From Entomortierella parvispora E1425 (Eukaryota > Fungi > Mortierellomycota): DNA of 64,000 bases. Every line of letters starts with the position of its first letter. The stretch's first letter is position 1. The stretch spans positions 310,001 through 374,000 of the forward strand of contig BQFW01000012.1 of the NCBI GenBank assembly GCA_020891255.1, in the 5' to 3' direction. Positions 56,693-64,000 of the stretch are shown here, piece by piece. The notes under the pieces were generated by a model. It searched no databases, was not told the origin of the DNA, and worked only from the letters and a program-made list of their open reading frames with translations. The translations under genes were made by a program, and so were the position numbers.

Positions 56693-57531
56693 GGGAGCGG
56701 TGGGCGTCCTGTGTGTGTGTGCGTGTGGTGGTGGAATGGTGGAAAAGGGATGAATGTGAAAGTTGTCAAGAAGGGTGAGTGACTGTCCCGAGGAAGGAAA
56801 GAAGGAAGGAGTAGAAAGAGGAGTGAGTGAGTGAAGAGAAGAGAAGAGAAGAGAAGAGAAGAGGAGGAAGGAAGAGAAATGACTGAATGGAAAGGAACGA
56901 ATGAATGAAGAGAATGAAGAGAAAGAAGGAAGAAGGAAAAGAAAAAGAAAAAGAAGCACAGAAACACACACACACACACACACACAGACAGACAGACAAT
57001 CCCTCCTCATCTCATCCGCCCATCTTTTCTTTTCCTTTTCTTCTTCTTCTTCCTCTTGCCCCCTTCCTTGCTTCTCTCCATTGTTCTTTATCCTCCCTGT
57101 CCTCTTCTATCCTTCCTTTTCTCTCCCTCTCTCTCTCTTGATGCGAACACACCTCCTGAACCCCAACCAACTCTTTTTCTTCTATTGTCTTGTCTTCTGT
57201 ACCCTTTGTTCCTCTTTCCTTCCTTCCCTTCCTTCCTTCCTTCCTTCTTTCCTTCTTATCCTACCTCATCATCCTCCCCTTTCCCTCCGTGCCCCTCCTT
57301 CACCTCATGACTGAACAGATCATTTCACAATGATTTCGTCAAACGGGAATCGATCGTATGAAGATCAAGATGTCATCTTGCTTCGTGTTGCTTCTGTTGT
57401 TGGCTTCTTTGCGTCTGTTTGCTTCTGTTTGCTTCTTTGCGTGCTGCACCTGCAGACACGCGCTTCTTATCTGTGGCAATGCCAAATGCCCTGTCTGCAT
57501 CCTCTGCTTTGGCCTGTCTGCATCCTGATGT

Positions 57532-57565
<34 letters not shown>

Positions 57566-57668
57566 CGTTCTGCCCTGCAGGACATCAAGTGGTCATCTTT
57601 TTGCATCTTTCTCTCTTCTTCCTCTCCTTTTTATTATTCTTTTCTTTTTCTTTTCTTCTTCTCTTCTT

Positions 57669-60600
57669 TTAAAAGACATCCTTCTCCCACTCTTCATCGT
57701 CATCTTCAACATCCACTCCCTCTTCGTCATTCTCATCTTCTTGATTGTCTAGAACGGGCCTCAAAGACGTCGATGCTGTGGCGTCCAATGTTGCCGTTAG
57801 GACCAATGGCTCTACTGGGAATGACAGCCCTCCCTGCAAGGGTCCGTGAGATACAGAGAGCGGCGCGGTGGCACTGTCCCTTCCTTGCTCGTCGTGCCTG
57901 TTCCTGCTCTCGTGTGCGCACAGACGATCCACAAAATCATCTCTCAAATCAACATCTGCATTCGCTCCCCTTTCCCCGACCTCGCCTTCTTGCTCTTGTT
58001 GACTTTCTAAAAGCTCTTTGGGTCTGAACTGCTGCTCTTGTTGTGGTAGGGGTGGCCTCGGCTGCTCCTGCTCGTCTTTGTACCCTTGCTGCTCCTTCTC
58101 TTGCTCCTGCTTTTGTTCCTGATCAAAAAGCTCTGATCGGGGCCGGACGGGTGGTGCTGGTGGCTGTTCTTGAACCTCTTCCCATGCATAATCTACTTTT
58201 TCAACCATGTGGAATCCAACATTGGCCTTTTGTACTTCCTCCAAGGGCGTCAAATCGTCCATCAATGTCACCAAGGGGCAGTCCCGTCGCTCCATGTCCT
58301 CATCCAGTCTCTTCTTCAGATCTTGTAGCTCCTCCAGCGATCGGACTAGGAACCCTAAAAGCATGGACGGATCAAGCTCCTGAACATCCATCGATCGCAC
58401 TACCCCGCAATGAAAGCTCTATTTCAATCAGCGAACAGGAACAGTGCATGGCTGGTTAGCTTTCTTGGTAAGGAAAATTCGCCTCCTGGTCCCAAAGACA
58501 AGGGGACAACAAACTCGAAAACTTACGGGAACTGGATAAGACACCACGATATCTTCGGGCGGAACTCGAGCCTTGACAAAGTGAGGGTCGTAATAGTACA
58601 GATCGTCGCCTAGTTGAAAAACATACCATGTGCATCAATCATCAGCAATGAATAAACCAATTGTACCTTGTAGCCATCCTCTTTTCTTTGCCATCATTTT
58701 ACCTTGAGATGCGACAAAATACAATGAGCGGCCTGGTCTTCCACCGGCGATGCCTAGAAATTGTGGCATCCTGAACAGTCGCTTCAGATTCCCACGGTAG
58801 CTTTCTGTGACCTTGTCCAATCCAAAACGTGTTGGGAGCATCAACAGGACTGGTCGGATCCAAGGTAGGACAACGGTCCCGTCCTCGAGCGCCTCACCCG
58901 TCATGGACGACACGGAGGATGAAAGATCAATCGGAGTGGCTGCAGCCTGCAAAAGGGTCGAGAACCGAACACACCCATCCATGTTCACAACAATCTGCAG
59001 AGGACAGTCCTTGTGTTTGACAGAGAGTCGCCTGAAGTGATGCAAGGGTGACAACAGTTCAAGATCTGTTAGTGCGTCGTACTGTACGAAAAACGGTCCA
59101 CCATATCTCAACTTGTACAAAAACCTACTGAAGAGCATGGGCCACGGTGGCAGGTCCAAACCACTCGCCAATCTTCTTATCGAGTGCTAGTCCCTCCTTG
59201 GCAATCCCGTGAATACTATAGTATGCCTTGGGTGAAGTCGCTGCAGGTTCGTCACAGAACCAGCCGAGCATACGCCTATAACGTCGGAGGTGCTGTCTTT
59301 GCTTCCTTTGTTCTCGCTCATTCGCCTCGGGTGAGAGAGCATTGGATGGCTTTGACTGAGGAAGATGGACCCGCCATTCTAAACAAGTCAATGAAAGAGA
59401 ACAATTGATAACAGTCAGTACTTTTTTTCTCAACACTAGCCCCAGTCTCGATAAGCATTTACAGGTGTCCTCCGCTCCGCCCTACCTCGCCCCATCATGA
59501 CCTGAACAAACGCCTGTGCTAAAAGACTTTGACCTGTTCGCATCATACACCCCCACCCAGAATCGCAAGTGTAAAACGATGGCTCTATCCTGGATAGATC
59601 CTTTCTGTACGTGAACCACAGTCTTGACTGGAAATCCATCATGAATCGAGTCAGAGTCTGGCGTTGTTGTTCCCGCTGCTTTTGGAAATGATGAGCGGCA
59701 ATGAGAGCTCCATTCAAGTCGACAGTTCCTTTCCGCTTTGGTGCCTTGTCCGTAGGAGTATTGTCTTCATTGGGTGTGGCGGTTCCCGTTGATGTGTCAT
59801 CCTCAGAAGTCTCTGGTGAAATGGTGAGCATCGGAGGACTGAGAAGTAGCGATAGATAGGCCGACGTGGAGGGCAACAATGAAACCTGGTCAATGTTTAG
59901 ATCTTGATCTTGGAATACTTTGTCATGAAGGAGCTGGGTGTCTGAGCCGCCTTCCACCCCTGTCGTCCGAGATCTTGAACCCAAAAAGCTCTTTCTGGGC
60001 GAAGACATGGATAACGATCCTGTCGCTCCAGAAATCGTTGAGGGTATAGCAGGCGTAGGTGGTGTAGATGTTGTGGGCGAGAAAAGTCCCATGGAGGGAA
60101 ATGACGACTTGGCAGAGGCGATAGAGAGGGAGAGGGATCGCCGCCATGAACGCTTGGGAGCTTGGACGGCGGTATCAGGCTCTGGCGCCTCATTACCGCT
60201 ATGACTACGAGCAAATGAATCCGAGACCGGCGTACTTGCAGGACCACGTTGATGATCTATGTCAATGGGGCTCCTCGATTCCGTGACAGATGTTGACAAA
60301 GGGGCCAATGTTGACGTCGCCTTTGACGACTTTTTGCTGCTGACCAGGTCCATGAATACACCTTCACTCCTCGACCGCTGCGAAACGTGGCCTCTGTGCT
60401 GTGGGCGCTGGCTCTGAGACAGATCAATGTCGCTTCCTGCATTCTCTTGAGGCAGAGATCCTCTCAGCGGCCCCATTCCTGATCGGATATAAGACAGGGC
60501 TTCCTTCCGCTCATCCGTCAAAACAGCCACTCTTGGGTCCGCTCTATCTTTTGTTCCGTTCTTAGCAGTTGAATTCATCTCTGCAATGTTGCCAGAGGAA

Positions 60601-63600
60601 TGAACTCGAGTTGGCCTTGATTCTCTGTCAGAGTCAAGTTGAATCTTTACTCCTGATGCTGCTCCCCATGAAGAAGGGGGGGATCGACGGCCGCCATTGG
60701 TTAGAGGAGTCGATCGCTCAACAGAGTTGACTGCCGACGACCGAGGTCGCCTCCCTGTCAAGGACGTAGCTGGGGCTGGAACAGGGTCTTTTGAGAGCGG
60801 CGACTGTTCCATTGGGCTATCATTTTCTCGCTGATGTGGCGGCGGCGACTGTTGTGGACGAGGTTTACTGGCTGCTTTGTTTGACTCTGCAACAATGATC
60901 TTTAAAACCGATATGCTGTCGGCCTGTGGTACAGGAGGCACTGGAGGACTCTCTGCGCCGGTTTTGACTCCATCCCATGAAAAAAGACCAGAAATGGTCA
61001 AGCGACGTCTCGTCGTTTTTCGCGGAGAAGGAGGTGCTGCTGGTGCAGGCTCAGATACTTTTTCTTCCTTTTGCTTCTGGTTGGCATAATGGGCAGCAGG
61101 TAGATCGTGATTATAACTCGACGGTTCAGCTTCCAGTGAGGGGGGGTTAGATTTCTCGGGCTCATCATGTTGTGCGAATTCGACAGACGAAGAAACCGGT
61201 CGGGGTGTTGGTCTCCTGGAAGAGCGATGCTTGGATAATGCCGAAAATGAAGTTGCCGTAGCTGAAGAGGGCAGGGATTCGGACTGAACTCCTTGAAGGG
61301 AAACCGAGGAGGTAGGTGGAGATCGCGGCGGAATCAGTTTGCTGAGATTGGAGTATGAGAATGAACGTGAATGTTGCTGCATTCTGTCCTTTCCCTCCCC
61401 TGTTTCTGTCACTGTCGGGGAGATCGAGCCTGTCCTTGAAAGAGGGGAGGCCTCTAGTAGAGCTCCATTTCCAACTGATTTTGAAGTAGAATCTTGCAGG
61501 GTAGCAACCGTAGAAGGATCGACCCGTGTGACGGATGTCGATTCTAAGGGACCAAGACTGTTGGAATGTTGGTCGAGATGGGTGGTTGTGGTCAGAAGGT
61601 CAATCTTTGAATTTTCGGCTCCTGGCTGTGTCTTGGTTGACGACGCGACTCTTCTCCTACTGCCGCTGTTCTTCCTGACCAACGACTTTTCAGACTCTAA
61701 AAGCGATCGGATGCTTCTGCTCCTCCTTATCCTTCTCTTGGCCACGGATCCCGTCAGTGTTGTCGGTCTCGAAACGGGCTGAAAGCTATAGCAGACTCCC
61801 AGCATCCAAATGTCCTCTCGCGTTGAGAAACTGGATTTTGTCCGAACACGATCATCGCGCGCAATGAGCTGCACTACCTTGGAGTTGTAGAGCCAGTATC
61901 TACATGCATAACGAGAGACAGAAGGTTCTGTTAGACAGAAGATTCTGGCGTCATTCTATCTAGACATCAATCGACTGCTTTGACTGTTTTACGCTTACCC
62001 CATCTTGGAAAAGAATTCTGATGTTGCTTGGACGAGGTGCTCTCCTGTATCAGGTTCCTGGTACGCTGGCACGACCGAGGCAGCGGCAGCAGCTGCAGCC
62101 TTCAACCTTTTCTGATCCTTACTCTTGCTTGATCCCTTTGTATTGGAAACTACACCTTGATAATAAAGCTCGTCATCCTTTTCGAAATCTCCGTCATCAA
62201 ATCGAATCGTCTATTGAGGAACAAAAAGTGGCCAGGAATGGATAGTCAGTTTCGCCAATGAGAAAATAAGAGCGGCCATCATGGCACTAGACCTTCTCTT
62301 ACAGTGAGCCTGTTGTGGCCTAGATCCCGATCAAAGGTATAGGAAAGCGCTGCCGCACTAGCTCCAAGACTGTCTGGAGGGGACGTCGTCAATACCAAGT
62401 CCACTTTTAGCGTTGTCTCGTGAAATTCTTTGCCGTCGGGTTGTGTTGCCTTTGCAGTGAGATCTAAAACGCGTGTTTCGTAAATGTAAAATGGCGGGAT
62501 GTCGCCGTGGCTTGAGAAACTGGTGTCCCACCCGGTCTTGGTGCTGTTTGCAAGATGGACATTGTTGGGCTGAAAGGTGCCCATGCACTCGACAGTCTTT
62601 TCTCCAGCAGGCGAGGCTGTATTCGAATAAGACAGCCAGATCGGAGTGGGCGGTGAACAAGACGAAGGCTCCAGCACATGCCTTTTCCCTCCACGTCGAC
62701 TCTGGGTACTGTTCTTTGAGCTTGCAGTGGAGCCCGAGTTAGAGGCACAGGCAGGAAGAGCAGACTCGACAGTGAAGAATAGCACAAATGAGAATGGGCC
62801 CGACTCGGCTGAAAGGTGCCTTGTAGCCTGGTGATGGAGCGATGGTGTCGACGACACGTCTGGAGCAAGCGACTCAAAGTAATGATGATCACGACCTTGA
62901 TCCCGATCGGTCCCTCCTGGACGCAAAATAGACTCTTTGGTACACTTTCTCAGCACCTGCAGCACCTTGATCCTGTGTGCTGCTGCCGTGGTTGTTGACC
63001 GACCCTGACGGGTGCTGTCGATCGTGCTAGTCGTGCTCTGTGGAACCCTGTCGTTGCTGCTCGTGTCCAACGGTTCATGATCGGATGTTGAAAACAGTGG
63101 CAAAGTCGACTGCGCTGGTCCTAGTCCGGGCGCTTGTGCCTCCCGCAGGACTGGGTGCTGAGCATAAAGCGAGGACCAGAACTCTGTTCGGTCCTCGACT
63201 TGATCACCACGATCACCACTGTCCGCGTACTCGTCCTGTTCCACAGCGCGTTTCCCACCCTCAATGTCCCTGAGACGACGCATCAGGTCCTTTTTCTTCC
63301 TTTCATCCTCTCCCCGATCCATTGGACTGAGCTCTTGCAGCGTATGTGATCTCCCGCGCGACAGGGAGGACGAAGCAGAGGACGCGGAAGAGTTGGTTGC
63401 TGTGGACCGTGTCTTTTTCTCTTTGGGGAGCCTCCTGTCCCTCGTGTCGGAGCGAAAACTCGACCGTTGCTTCTCGGTCAACAGAGTTTGGTCCGTCTTG
63501 AGAGTCTCGAACTCGCCTCGACTGGTCCATTCCTTGTTGGAATGGAATGCACCCTTTGCATCACGGCTGGGGTGGAATGGCTCGAGGACATGAGTAGAGT

Positions 63601-63604
63601 CCAT
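57669..63604 (-). CDS. ATG4: ATG4 cysteine protease (peptidase C54), about 1,779 aa, with a long N-terminal extension and an internal insertion; exons 63604-62303, 62210-61999, 61899-59486, 59378-59129, 59031-58703, 58609-58527, 58418-57669
   Basis: IWMLGVCY; FMMDFQSRLWFTYRK; CDSGWGCMMRTGQSLLAQA (catalytic Cys at 59549-59547); YSIH..A..G...K.IGEWFGP; GIAGGRPGRSLYF; YYDPH (Asp/His); SFHC..R.M...LDPSMLLGF. All junctions are GT-AG and the phases sum to 5,340 nt. Confidence 0.93.
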
Positions 63605-64000
63605 TGAGGGAGAAGAGTGAGAGGGGAGGAGAGGTTAAGAGAAAAGAGAGAGAAAGAGAAAGAGAAAGGAAAAGAAAAGACAAAAGGAGAAAAAGAGAAC
63701 GAAATCAACCGGTCTGTGCCCCCTGTTTCGATGCGTCCCTCTTTCGTGTCTCCTTTGGACAGGAGGGGAATGAATGAATGGATGAATGAATGAATGAATA
63801 AAAGAGACGGGAAGAGAGAGAGAGAGAGTGAATGAGGGAATGAAGAATAAGTGAATGAATGAATGAATGAATGAACCAGTGAAGAAGGGGGGGGGGGGGG
63901 GGGGGTTGAAGTGAATATCGAGAGAGTGAACGAGAATGGGGAGAACCCATACGGCGCTTTCTTTTTTTTTTTTTTTTTTCTTTCTTGCTTGTTTGCTCGT

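Overview
Eukaryotic, intron-rich fungal genomic DNA with GT-AG introns, the standard genetic code, and many homopolymer runs and GA/CT microsatellites. The expanded F-box/LRR and secreted Kelch families point to Mortierellaceae; this is an inference, not a database result. Conserved genes: a CCDC6/DUF2046 coiled-coil protein, CWC24, a head-to-head RPS9-RPL21 pair, a TMEM184/OST-alpha transporter, a group-B bHLH factor, a MacroD-type macrodomain hydrolase, a Rab7-like GTPase and a very large ATG4 (about 1,780 aa). Accessory content: six F-box/LRR genes (three in a tandem array, one of those with an in-frame stop), an F-box pseudogene, a secreted ricin-B lectin, a GPI-type Kelch protein, a GT61 glycosyltransferase, a bacterial-like YcjY-type hydrolase, an Arf-like protein with a broken P-loop and a duplicated pair of small secreted-protein genes. 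The most notable hidden element is missing from the ORF track: a minus-strand relic at about 22.9-23.3 kb encoding ...CGYTIRGRDTNAALNIA..., the zinc-ribbon/RuvC-III end of a TnpB/Fanzor-type RNA-guided nuclease, followed by small hairpins where an omegaRNA would lie. All exon structures were derived by eye from splice signals and frame continuity.
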